Below are positions 39,579 through 51,316 of a stretch of DNA of 64,000 bases, one piece after another (position 1 is the first letter of the stretch; each line of letters opens with the position of its first letter). Position numbers and translations under genes: made by a program. The stretch is from positions 60,264,001 through 60,328,000 of the forward strand of contig OZ024740.1 of assembly GCA_964016885.1 (NCBI GenBank), read 5' to 3'. The stretch comes from Eledone cirrhosa. Its lineage: Eukaryota. A model generated the notes under the pieces. It saw only the letters and a list, made by a program, of their open reading frames with translations. It was not told where the DNA came from and did not search any database.

Positions 39579-40504
39579 AATAAAAGTAGACCGAGAAAGT
39601 CCGTCATCAGTAGTCTGCTGATTCTCATTGGTATTTCTTCGCATTAAAGACTAGATACCTAAAATCAGTGCGAGCGATAACTAAATTAAGTTATCAGGAC
39701 AGAGGAAAGTGAACAAACAACATGGTAGTAAAGAGAGGAAAAGAGAGACAAGTCAATGAATCTTGTGGGCTTAAGTCCGACAAATCAAATGACGAGAAGA
39801 AAATAGACACGTCCGAGCCACGAAAAAATTGAGGGAGGAAAGAATTAACGCAGGTCAGACGGGAGGAAGTGAGAGAGGAGGAGTAGCAGAGAGTGAGTGA
39901 GTGAAAGTGTGCTGAAGGGGCCAGCTGAGTGTGTGACCAGCAGCGGGGATAGAGGAAAGTAAGAGGTAAGGGGGAGAGAGAGAAAGAGGAAAGCAGTAAG
40001 GTAACAGAAAAAATATGAACCACAGCGAAGGGAAAATATATGTGAATGAAAAATGGCGTGCTGCGTTGTTGCGAATATGAACATATGAATAAAAATAGCA
40101 CGAGAAAAGTCCGTCATCAGTAGTCTGCAGATTCTCATTGGTATTTCTTCGCATTAAAGACTAGATACCTAAAATCAGTGCGAGCGATAACTAAATTAAG
40201 TTATCGGGACAGAGGAAAGTGAACAAACAACATGGTAGTAACGCAACGTTTGATTTGCCCACAAAATTCATTGACTTGTCTCTCTTTTCATCTCTTTACG
40301 TTGCGTTACTACCATGTTGTTTGTTCACTTTCCTCTGTCCCGATAACTTAACTTAGTTATCTCTCGTACTGATTTTGGGTATCTAGTCTTTAATGCGAAG
40401 AAATACCAATGAGAATCTGCAGACTACTGATGACGGATTTTTCTCGGTCTATTTTTATTCATATGTTCATATTCGCAACAACGCAGCACGCCATTTTTCA
40501 TTCA
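39579..40504. repeat. Direct plus inverted triplication of a ~150-200-bp block
   Basis: Block A at 39579-39730 and a direct copy at about 40088-40240. An inverted copy gives arms at about 40042-40248 and 40298-40504. Confidence 0.9.
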
Positions 40505-41479
40505 TATATATATATATACCTATTTTCTAAATACACACACACATTATATATATATTTGTAACTAAACGTCCAGCAATGATCTTTTTCCCATCTATCTATA
40601 TAATACATAGACAAAGACAAAAAATGTAAGTCGATCCTGTTGAAACTATTATGCAGATATCAGGTTTATACTTTATCGCTATCGCATTCTAACATACACG
40701 TCAGCGCATGTTAATGGTTTTAGTGGAAAGATTCAGTAGTGTTACACCTATATATAGGTCAGTCCGCTACCATATAGTCTATAACATCACGCGCAGTGTA
40801 CGTTTTACAAATTATTTAGATCCCGACAACACAATTTATCATATTATGTAGAACACACGACACCATTTAACGAAACAAACATATTAAAAACATTTTCCAC
40901 TTGATCACAACTATTGTATGTAAAATTAACATTTTCTCTCTGCAGTTACAAAAAATAAATAATTCTAAATTATATTTAGTTTAGTTACTAGTTATTTATT
41001 AATTCCGAAAACTATTATCTGACTCCAAATCTAGTATGGACTCACACTGATAGATAAATATTGTAAATACATTATATCCATCCGTTTTTTTTTTTTTTTC
41101 AAGGGAAACACAGTAGAAGCATTTTTGGCGCTATTTCTGTCAGAAATTTGTCTGAAAATTGTGCTAATACTATTTTCAGTCTACAATCCCCCCACTTCCA
41201 CTAATTTAACAAACAACAATACCAAACTCCGTGTTGTTTGGGTGAATGGAAAACAATGGAAATATTAATGAAAAAAGAAGAAAAAAAAATTTTCGGAATG
41301 TTTTAAATCATTGCATTTCATGTGTTGTTTTTGGCATGTAGGCTAATTTTGATTTTAGGCTTCCAACCAGTTAAAACTGATCATTTTAGACAAAAATACA
41401 GGCAGAAATTTTATTCTGATACTTTACAATATATAAGTAACTTTATATATAGTGTTGAATATCTAGCTTTATATATCTT

Positions 41480-41826
41480 TCTTCTTCTTTGGCCCCATTC
41501 GGTCACGAATGGCCATGGTTTTGCACCTAGAAGGTTTTCCCTCCGAAGTACAAGCCTGGCCAAGATTTTTGTGGAAGACCAGTAGTCGCCCATGCATACC
41601 AGCCTCTCCTCTCTACGCCACCGATGTTGTCCAAGGGAAAGGCAATGACCGATACAGCTTGGCACCAGTGACGTCGCAACTCATTTCTACAGCTGAGTAA
41701 ATTTGAGCAACGTGAAAAAATAAAGTGTCTTGCTCAACGACACAACGCATCACCCGGTCCGAGAATGGAACTCACAACCTCTCAATTGCAAGCCCAATTC
41801 TCTAACCACTAAGCCATGCGCCTTCA
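41480..41826 (-). mobile_element. tRNA-derived SINE family C, near full-length
   Basis: On the minus strand: TGGCTTAGTGGTTAGAG A box, TTGAGCAAGACACTTTATTT, CCTTTCCCTTGGACAACATCGGTGGCGT and a (GAA)n tail. Homologue at 56993-57247. Confidence 0.85.
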
Positions 41827-42019
41827 CTTGCTTTATATATAATGTTTAAATTAAAAATATGTACAATTGTGATGTCTTCTATAGCTTAATTTAGTGTTAT
41901 ATTTAATGTAGTGATCATTAAAAATCCCATTAGATATAACTATGCAGTGGAGATACGTCAATATTAGATACTGGTTTATATTATTTTATTTATTCCAATA
42001 AATACGGGATACAACTTCT

Positions 42020-43270
42020 CGGGGAAACATAGAATTACACAGGGAAACATAGACCTACTTACAGGAACAAAAACCTTCTCAAGAAAACATAGATCTACGA
42101 GAAACATAGACATCATCAGGGGAAATAGACCTACTTAAGGAAACAGAGACCTACTCATAGAAACAAACTTCCTCAGAGAATCATAAACCTTTTAAGCGAA
42201 ACATAGATCTACCCAGAAAAACATAAACCTTAGTGAAACATACTACACAGAGAAACATACACATCTTCAGGCAAACAGACTTCCATAGAGAAACATAGAC
42301 CTACTCAGTGAAAAACAGATCTCTTCAGTAAAACATACACATCCTTACTGAAACATATATATCCTCGGGAAGATATAGGCATCCGCAGTGAAACCTAGAG
42401 CTATACAGTGAAACATAGACCTACTCAGTGAAATACAAATATACTCGGTAAAACATAGACCTAAGACATAGACATTCTCAGTGAAACAGACCACTCAGGG
42501 AAACATAGACCAGTCAAGGAAACATAGACACCCTCAGGGAAACATAGACCAGTCAAGGAAACATAGACACCCTCAGTGAAACATAGACATTCCCCGAAAG
42601 ACATAGACATCCCCAGGTAAACATAGACCTCATCAGTAAAATATAGACCTCTTTAGAGAACCAAAGACATCGGGGGAATATAAACCTCATCAGAGAAACA
42701 GACCTCCTCAGAGAAACATAGCCCTCATCAGGAAAACATAGCCCTCATCAGGAAAACATAGCCCTCATCAGGAAAACATAGCCCTCATCAGAAAAAACAT
42801 AGACATCCCCAGGAAACCATAGACCTCCTCAGAGAAACATTGACTTCTTCAGGCAAATATAGGGCTCCCAGGAGAAACAAAGGCCTCGGGGGGAACATAG
42901 ACCTCCTCAGAGAAACAGACATCCCCAGGAAAACAGACATCCCCAGGAAAACATAGACATCCCCAGGAAAACATAGACATCCTCAGGAAAACATAGACCT
43001 CTTCAGAGAAACATAGACCTCTTCAGAGAAACATAGACCTCCTCAGAGAAACATAGACCTCCTCAGAGAAACACAGACATCCTCAGAGAAACAGACATCC
43101 TCAGAGAAACATAGACATCCTCAGAGAAACATAGACCTCTTCAGAGAAACATAGACCTCTTCAGAGAAACATAGACATCCTCAGAGAAACATAGACCTCC
43201 TCAGGAAAGCATAAACCTCGGAGAAACATAAACTTCCTTGTGAAAACAGATTTCCCTAGGGAAATAAACC
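42020..43270. repeat. ~1.25-kb minisatellite with a 20-bp unit (CAGAGAAACATAGACCTCCT)
   Basis: An exact 20-bp period is visible at 43001-43200, becoming increasingly degenerate towards 42020. Confidence 0.92.
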
Positions 43271-43792
43271 TCGCTGCACTTAGTTATAAGAGAATTACTA
43301 AGTAGATGTATGATATCGTACAGAAGCTGGCAAAAGTGAATTATCGTATTTTAGAGAATGTTTCAAACTTCGAGGTTTATATCTTGTCTTTTGGATAGCT
43401 TCACTCATTTGATTAATTTATATACATGAAAGTCTCCAATAACTGTTAATAGGTTGTTTGATACAACTATTAGACTGCTTGTTGCTAATAGTTTCAGTTT
43501 CAGTCGAACACAAATACCTGTCTTTTTGATCTCTTTAGAGAAGTTTACTGTTACAAGCATTCAAACCAGTTCTTCAGCTAGGGGATAACTTTATATTATG
43601 ATGTGTTGCTTCCTACTGCAGTAGACCATTAGTTAGGGATTTTCTCTCACATACAAGCACACTTGTATATACTACAAAGATCATATTTGCTACTCTCCTT
43701 CTTCTGATAGTCTCTCTCTCTCACACACACACACGCACACGCACAAAACAACAAACAAAACCTCATTAACACTTAGAAAGAATTATAAAGAA

Positions 43793-43985
43793 GAATTCTA
43801 ATTTTAATACAACGCCAGCAAGAGAGAAGGTGAAAGTCGATTATATCGACTCTAGTACTTAACTAATAATTCATTTGATCGACTTCGGCAGAATGGAAAG
43901 CTAAGTTAACCTCGGTGGAATGTAAAATGTTAGAACAAATACGGCAAATCATTTGTCTTACGGAGCTAACGATTCCGACAACGCC
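43793..43985 (-). mobile_element. Old SINE family A remnant
   Basis: AAGTCGATTATATCGAC...ATCGACTTCGGCAGAATGGAAAGCTAAGTTAACCTCGG. Confidence 0.6.
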
Positions 43986-44093
43986 AGTCCACCAGTCTCT
44001 GAATTCTTCGTCATAATTAAATCAGAACAGAATTTTTAGAAGAGCCCCAAATAGAGAGGTTCAGGATATTATAAAATAAGAAACGACTAAAAG

Positions 44094-44162
44094 AAAATGT
44101 ATACACATATACATATAGAATACTATTGAAGTGTGTATACATTTTCGGGGGGACATCCTGTA
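44094..44162. mobile_element. Tc1/mariner-type MITE fragment
   Basis: AAAATGTATACAC...GTGTGTATACATTTT...GACATCCTGTA; same family as 60133-60233. Confidence 0.55.
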
Positions 44163-44290
44163 TATTGCTAGAATTAACACGCGTAACAGAGATATGTTGA
44201 AATCAACGAGGGAACATCTACGTAGCTCGATTGACTTGCTATATCAGCCAAATCTCTTCAAATCCCACCCTGCTTCATCATGACTAACAG

Positions 44291-44504
44291 CAGTAACGTA
44301 GCCGGGTGACATTTTTATGGGGTCGGCACTTTGGGGTCTGCTGTTGGCCATAAGCGTTCTTTTAATAATGCAGCATAATATTATAATTGTACATAATATA
44401 TATATATATAAAATAGTCTAAGAGCAATATGTATTTATATTGGGGCCCGAGGGCAGAAAACTGAAGGGCTCGCCTGGGCGGCACACACTATACCTACATC
44501 AATG
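44291..44504. mobile_element. Putative hAT-type MITE
   Basis: Imperfect TIRs CAGTAACGTAG / CTACATCAATG. The flanking 8-mers ACTAACAG / ACTAAAGG match at 6/8. Confidence 0.4.
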
Positions 44505-44817
44505 ACTAAAGGACGCTTAAACAATAACAGCTGCAGAAAGGTTCATTACCAACCGCTTTATTACTTTTATAGAAATAAAGATTTTTCATGGTGTTAATTT
44601 ATGTGGCGCTTTGTTCGGTAATCTATAATTTTATTCTGCTTGTTATGACATGTATTCAAATGTTACGATTAACTATGAAAGGAAATTGAAAACAATACAA
44701 ATTATTAACACGAGGACACATGTTCGATTGTTGCGCTTTAAACAACATTAACTATGGAACGAAATCGAAGACATAATCGATAGATTTAATATAATGTCTC
44801 TACATTTAGCAACTACC

Positions 44818-44971
44818 TCAGTGCATTACTGGCGCTTTATTTTATCAACCCGTAATGATGAAAGGCAAAGTTAACCTCTGCTGGATTTGAACTCAGAACG
44901 TAAAGGGCCATAACTCTATGCTGCAAAGCATGGTGTCTGACATTCTATCGATACCGTCAAACCACCGCCCT
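44818..44971 (-). mobile_element. SINE family A
   Basis: Reverse-complement core and head (...AACCACCGCCCT). Confidence 0.85.
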
Positions 44972-45896
44972 TAGATTTAATATAATGAAACAATGTTTTG
45001 AAGATTTACGCATCAACATATAAAAGGAATATTTATAAAAAGTTGAATTTCTACCGGTCTTGTATGTATAATGCGTTGAGACACGGATGTAGTCTGTCCT
45101 CACTCTTTAGCTTCCAAATACCCAACAGAATAACATGTGTGTTACAAAGTCTCAGTTTGTTACCACGTATTATGCTGACTCAACATAATGTATACACGGG
45201 ATATTTTCACTCATTTATTCATATAGGAGAAAAACATCCAAATATTTTCTCGGAAACTATATAATGTAACAGTGAATGGCAAATAGCGAATGTAAAATAT
45301 AGCAAACACAAAGATGAATCGATTTTTGTACGACTGAACTAGTATGTTCTGAAATATGTTACTTGGACCATTTAATATGAAGTAAAGTTAGTAGGTACCA
45401 TTGTTTTCACAGCTTTTGAGGTAACGTGTTTATGTATGCCGCAAAACGGAAATAAATAATCAAGGAAAGCACTTCAAAGATATTTTAATAATTTATTGTG
45501 CTTATACATGTAAGAAATCAATAAAATGGGAGAAATCAATGAATTATTATGCTTATACTTTTTCAGAACGATTTGCTGGAATAAAGTATCCACACTTAAA
45601 AGAAAAACGTATATTCAACGAATACACAAGTTGTTTCATCAACAGTGTTCGTCCAAGTCAGCAGTAAGTAGAGTTGAGGTGTGTTTGTACGTATGTAGAA
45701 ATCATTAACTTTTGGTGGTGTCGTAGGGACACCATCGTGAGCTGCGGTGTGTATTGGACACTTTATACCTGATGGAGCCTATCCCGTCACCTCACCTCTG
45801 GATACAACCGATGTCTTCCAGAGAGAGAAAGAGAGAGAAAGAGAGAGGGAGAGAGAGATAAGGGGGGAGAGATGGGGGGAGAATTTTCGACGAAAA

Positions 45897-46012
45897 ATCG
45901 ACTTCAGTGCTGGACTGCAACATATTTATCGGTCTGGAAAAGATGAAAGGCAAAGCTGACATCGGTGGGATTGAACTCAGAGAGAGCCAAACCAAATACC
46001 GTAAACCGTTCT
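45897..46012 (-). mobile_element. SINE family A, 3' part of a copy split by an insertion (remainder at 47557-47592)
   Basis: Ends AAATACCGTAAACCGTTCT. The expected continuation ATTCTATCCGAAGTTCTAACGACCCTGCCAAT resumes at 47557. Confidence 0.65.
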
Positions 46013-46233
46013 CAGGGGTGGTGGAAGTATTTCTGAATAAGGGGGTGGGAAATTTGGACAATTTAGTTGTAGTGATTAGTTGAGCTCTTTGCACTCTAAA
46101 ATGGTCAGAAAACTTCGATATGCGATAAACATAACATGTACATAAATCTCTGTGCCCTTTCCTAAGGGGTTAACATATCGAGCTTCTTCGCATTTGGTAA
46201 GAAACTGGTATTATACCCAATTTATTCATCTCC

Positions 46234-46274
<41 letters not shown>

Positions 46275-46300
46275 TCATTTATTATGGTTACTGCTGAGCT

Positions 46301-46383
46301 TTGTTACTCTAAGTTTCACCTGCGCACTCACAACATCAGCAGTCTTGTCGGGTGAGTACGCAAGTGAGACTCCAGAGTAACAA
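46301..46383. repeat. Inverted repeat built from hammerhead-like 3' halves
   Basis: TTGTTACTCTAAGTTTCACCTGCGCACTCAC ... GTGAGTACGCAAGTGAGACTCCAGAGTAACAA; same family as 59904-60002. Confidence 0.6.
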
Positions 46384-46753
46384 GCCTTAGCCATAATAAA
46401 TGAATATTTAAACGCTACTTCGATATTGTGTTTCCATTCTCACGTCCGTCAATAATTCATGTACCCTCAGGACTTGAATAATTGTTCCCACCCCTCGCTT
46501 ATTAATTTATCAAATTTGTTCCACCCCCACCCCATTACCACTTATTAAATGCTGCTAATCTATCTCCGGTGAAATTTTATTGTAAGTGATTCATATTGAT
46601 ACAGCTGCTGGAGAAACAAATAATAATTTTATTTCACATTAAAAAACATTATATATGACAAAAGAAGAACATTACAAAAAATATCATATTTACGAACGTA
46701 CACTATACAATTACTGATTTTCCAAACTCCCCGCCCCCATTGTTAACACCCCT

Positions 46754-47132
46754 GAGTGTCGTGGGTGGGGGTTTAGGGGTGATTGATATACAGAGGGGGA
46801 TTAGGAGAGATAAGTGTAGATTTTTATAGAGAGTGAGAGTGTATGAGTCTTAGATATAGAGAGTGGGATAAGAGAGACGGTGTCGTGGTAGATATAGAGA
46901 GGGGAAGAGTTTGGTTTTAGTAGATACAGAGAGGAGGATTAAAAGAGAGTTTTGTGTGATAGACATGGGGAAGTGGAGAGTTTGGTGGCACTCTCCACCT
47001 CGACACCGCCTCTCTTATCCCACTCTCTATATCTAAGACTCATACACTCTCACTCTCTATAAAAATCTACACTTATCTCTCCTAATCCCCCTCTGTATAT
47101 CAATCACCCCTAAACCCCCACCCACGACACTC
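46754..47132. repeat. Near-perfect inverted duplication (about 136-bp arms, about 107-bp spacer)
   Basis: 46754-46889 is the reverse complement of 46997-47132 with about 2 mismatches seen. It lies in a degenerate GA/CT-rich minisatellite that runs to about 47435. Confidence 0.92.
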
Positions 47133-47799
47133 TCCCATTATCCTTCTCTACATATCTAAAACCAGCAAATTCTCCCCCTTTCTATATCTACTACACGGTA
47201 CTCTCTTCCAATACCCCTATCTATATCAATTAACGCCAAACTCTCTCACTCGGTATATATATATACTACACGGAACTCTCTTCCAATCCCCCTTTCTATA
47301 TCAATAAGCATCAATCTCTCCTCCTCTCTATATCTAATATACAACACACTCTCCCAACCTTCCTCTCTATATTAATTACCACGAATCTCTCCCCCTCTCT
47401 ATATCGATATCTATCCCTCCTATCTGTCTCTACATAACATGTACATAAATTGTAGTGCATTTACAAATAGATGTGTGTTTTGGCAGTTTGGGGAGAAAAA
47501 TATAATTATTAGTGGGTGCCATGGACCCCCCCCCCCCCCCAAGTTCCACTGCCCTGATTCTATCCGAAGTTCTAACGACCCTGCCAATTTGATAGGAGTG
47601 ATGGAGTATATTAACATAATCTTGGTTTTGATATCTATGTTTTCTTTCATCTTTTCTAGGTGGTACAAGAAGTTCAATGAGCAACACTTTAATCCACATG
47701 CAAACATTTTTCGACTAAGTTTGAATTTTGTTTTACGACAGCTACCGCATGCGTATTCCTTCTAGATTACATTCACAAAAGATGCTCGTTTGTTCTAAC

Positions 47800-48125
47800 A
47801 GACCTCCGTTGGTTTCGACGATGAATGTTCAAATGTTTCGATCAACGGACTAGCTTAGACGTGAAATTATCAAATAAGTAGCTGTGCATTCTATAGACGC
47901 GTGAATCCATAACATACTTCTCAGACAGATTCAATATGAGATAATGTATGTCAAGACTGATTTACAGGTAAAATCCATCCAACGGGCTTCTACATAGTTT
48001 CCTGCTTCCAGATTTCACTCAGAAGGTATGGATCAACTCAACATAAATGACACTTGCATAAGATCGTTCTAAGCTGTAGGTAAGACCTCAGAGTTCATGA
48101 TTGTGGAACGATCTATTTAACTCAC
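47800..48125 (-). mobile_element. SINE family D, diverged
   Basis: Reverse-complement similarity to 37049-37375 (GATCAACGGA, CGTGAAATT, GGGCTTC, TTTCACTCA). Confidence 0.5.
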
Positions 48126-48219
48126 TCCTGTCAGTGACCACAAAGGGTAAATAAACAAATACAAAACAAATGTCAATAATGATTACCATTATATTTATAT
48201 CTCTCTCTCTATATATATA

Positions 48220-48361
48220 GGAAAATGTTTAACCCGGTCGAAACCGCTAGAGCTCTGCCATCGGGGTTAAACATTTTCCCATTACCCACTCTACTACCCT
48301 AAGTATTGAGTACTCTGGTGCGTTATGGTCCATCTGGTTCCTTACCACACCTCCTTCGTTA
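48220..48361 (+). mobile_element. Unclassified repeat with a 16-bp inverted repeat (possibly Penelope-derived)
   Basis: GGAAAATGTTTAACCC...GGGTTAAACATTTTCC. The downstream AGTACTCTGGTGCGTTATGGTCCA...TTCCTTACCACAC recurs inverted at about 58900-58953. Confidence 0.5.
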
Positions 48362-48566
48362 TATATATATATATATATATATAAGGAAAAAAGATGAAAT
48401 CGAACATGCAAATGCAACTGGAGTCTTTTTAAGAATATTTATTTGTTTCCTTTACCGGTTTCACAGTTCTTATGCTTTTCAAAAGTAGAATTGAGATGGG
48501 GGTTTCTGGCTTTTCTCGCATCCAGATGCGAGAAAAACCACAAACTATATATATATATATATATAT

Positions 48567-48838
48567 GCCTAATGGTAAGGGTGTTGGACTTGCGATCGTA
48601 ATGTCGTGGGTTCGATTCCTGGGTTGCGTGTTGTGTTCTTGAGCAAAACACTTCCTTTCACGTTGCTCCAGTATATACTCAGCTGTAAATGAGTACCAGC
48701 AATAGCTGGAGATTTAAACCTGCGATGGACTGGCGTCCTGTCCAGGGGGGAGTCTTGTAATCTCAATCGCTTCACGCCATGAAACAGGGATAAGCACCAG
48801 CCAAATGAGTCTTCTGGCTTAAAAATAGACTTTAGACA
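48567..48838 (+). mobile_element. tRNA-derived SINE family B
   Basis: A/B boxes (GCCTAATGGTAAG, GGTTCGATTCC), a CORE-like TGTGTTCTTGAGCAAAACACTT and a V-SINE-like CTGCGATGGACTGGCGTCCTGTCCAGGG. Domain names are recalled. Confidence 0.85.
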
Positions 48839-49290
48839 TATATATGTGTGTGTGTTAGGTAATTTCGAAGGAAAAGCAAAGGAAAAAAAGAGTGCTCTAT
48901 GTATAGAACATAGTTATTTAATTAGAAAGTGAACAACATAAAAGATAACTACTCCATTACCAAAGGTTTCTGGATCCCAGACAATATTAATATACGTCTG
49001 GATCGGTCGACCATTAACTATGGAGATATAAAAGATGCAGAAGCGAAAACCAACCAAACAGTGAGTGTGTTCTGTTATTATTTCTGGCAATATTATTACA
49101 ACAATATGACCCCCCCCCCCCCCCCAATTATAACAATATTTGTTCCGACACACGATTTCATATCAAAAACCTTGCAAAACAGATTATATATATATATATA
49201 TAAAAGCATTCGTGACATGTCTATATACTATAAACATACAAATGTCTCGCTATGAATGTTTTAAGCTGTGATTATGTCACAGTAGCCGTT

Positions 49291-49427
49291 GGGAATGCAA
49301 GATAGGTATTTCTGCTGAATTTTTATCTATCATCGGTGACATTTATTCACTCAGTACTGAGATAAGAACAAGCTAAGTATCACCGATGACGGATAAAAAT
49401 CTAGAAACGTATATCTAGCATTCTCCC
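49291..49427. repeat. Degenerate inverted repeat / MITE-like foldback
   Basis: GAATGCAAGATAGGTATTTCT...TTTTTATCTATCATCGGTGA versus TCACCGATGACGGATAAAAATCTAGAAACGTATATCTAGCATTC. Confidence 0.6.
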
Positions 49428-50648
49428 CCGTGATGCCACGCATGAAGTTACCCACCTGTTTAATAGATACATATCTAATACATAACAAGCCCACCTCACA
49501 ACTACTTTACTACAACAACCTACACATGAACTGTGTACTCTTTATGTCTTTACTACTGCAACTAAAACGGCCTCTGTCATGTTGTATTAGCAAACTGCTT
49601 ACCACTATCACGCATCTTCCTCTCGTCTGCCTCACTGATAATAAAGGGGATCATTTCGGCTGTGAAGATCACAATGGGGTAAGACTGGGTGGGTTGGTTG
49701 GTGAGCAGCCAAAGCAATAAATCTAAGAGACCAATGTGTATGAGAGAGATTGAGTAAAAGAAACTCTTTTGATACAACTTTTGGGAAAAGAAGCTAAGAG
49801 TGCTTCTTCTCATGAAGTCGATATATGCCATCTTTAAAACGATGGCGTGTCACAGCGTACCACAAATATTTCTGGATCTTATTTTAATATATAAATAATC
49901 TCGCCCTTTGTAGTGCATTCCTGGCAGTAGAACTAGATCTTAGATATCCTCTCCAATGCATTAAAACAGAAATACAGTATGGCCAATACTAAAAAGCTAC
50001 TTACGACCATGTAGAAGCGCAGGCAGGAGAAAGACAACCTCTGAAGAGCACACTTATGAAACTATATAGAACTTCTAATTGAGGGAGCATGTCGTAGGCC
50101 TGTAGCTAAATCTAAGTTGCCCTAGTTGGCTGGTATCGGAATCAAGAAACACAACAGATCAGGAATCAAGCATCTTCAGAGAGAAGCAAAAGGATGTCAC
50201 ACACTTAATATGGCATAGATATTTGTCGAAACGGTCTAACCTAAAAGTGAAAAATATATCTTCTTCAATCAGTAGTAAAATGAAATAAACGTTGCATGTT
50301 TAGGGTGATTGAAGTTGCCCTGCTTTGGTGTGGTTATTCATAGATGAGGGAAAAATAATAATGCAAAACAGAACAGTATGCCTTGATGTGTACTAAATGA
50401 TCACGGATAACTTATGGGAGTATCAATGGTGCATGCACTGCTGCAGAGGGTGATAACGTTAAAGATTTTCGAATTCGTAGTGATCTCTTGTCTCACAGCT
50501 CCTGCTATACATAGAACATATAACGTATATGTAGATATATATATATATATATATATATACGCATCATTGGGTGTGTATATGTGTATTCCCATACATACAT
50601 GCATCATGCATACAAACACATACATACATATATGCATACATTCGACTG

Positions 50649-50698
<50 letters not shown>

Positions 50699-50825
50699 GT
50701 ATACACACACATGCATCGTCCCTTAACTCCAGGGGAAGTTGTAGGGGCGGCGATTTGACATATGATGTTTCTAGGGTATTTTAATACCAGAACACAGCCG
50801 ATTTCTTCCAGAGAAGGATAGAAAG

Positions 50826-50871
<46 letters not shown>

Positions 50872-50897
50872 AGAGCGGGGAGAGAGAGAGATAGGAA

Positions 50898-51055
50898 GAA
50901 TCGACCCCAGTACTTTACTGGTACTTTTTTATCGACCTCGAATGGATGATAGGCACAGTTGACCTCGGCGGGATTTGAACTCAGAGAGCAGAGAGTTGAA
51001 AGGACTACCGCAAAGCATTCTACCCGACGTTCTAACGACTCTGCCAATTTGCCAC
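50898..51055 (-). mobile_element. SINE family A
   Basis: CTGGTACTTTTTTATCGACC...GACCTCGGCGGGATTTGAACTCAG. Confidence 0.8.
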
Positions 51056-51082
51056 CTACATACATATATGTGTCTATATACT

Positions 51083-51316
51083 AGTCTAAAGTCAGGAGGC
51101 TCGTTAGGCCGGTGTTTATCCCGGTTTCATGGAGTGAAGCGACTGAGAGTAGAAGACTTCCTCCAGGACGCCAGCCCGTTTCAGCTGAGTATCATAGAGC
51201 AACCTGAAGCGAAGTGTTTTGCTCAAGAACACAACATGCAGCCCAGCCGAGGAATCGAACCCACGACATTATGATCGTAAGTCCAACACCCTTACCACTA
51301 GGCCACGTGTCTCCAC
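51083..51316 (-). mobile_element. SINE family B with internal deletion
   Basis: Homologous to 25937-26211, including the tRNA head. Confidence 0.85.

Larger units (their letters stand above)
46013..47556. mobile_element. ~1.5-kb non-autonomous TIR element inserted into a SINE
   Basis: Ends CAGGGGTGGTGGAA and TTCCACTGCCCTG (imperfect TIR), with a candidate 5-bp TSD GTTCT/ATTCT. It splits a SINE. Confidence 0.55.

Noticed and set aside
47660-47765. Internal exon after the pyrimidine tract TTTTCTTTCATCTTTTCTAG
   Set aside because: It looks like a good acceptor, but the frames compatible with the candidate first exons stop quickly, no clear donor follows and the peptide is unrecognisable.
48567-48625. 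tRNA gene (A and B boxes)
   Set aside because: It continues directly into a SINE body found in three copies, with no complete cloverleaf or acceptor stem.
49577-49831. Reverse-transcriptase fragment (MAYIDF resembles the RT IDFxKAFD motif)
   Set aside because: The similarity is limited to about six residues and is not continued.
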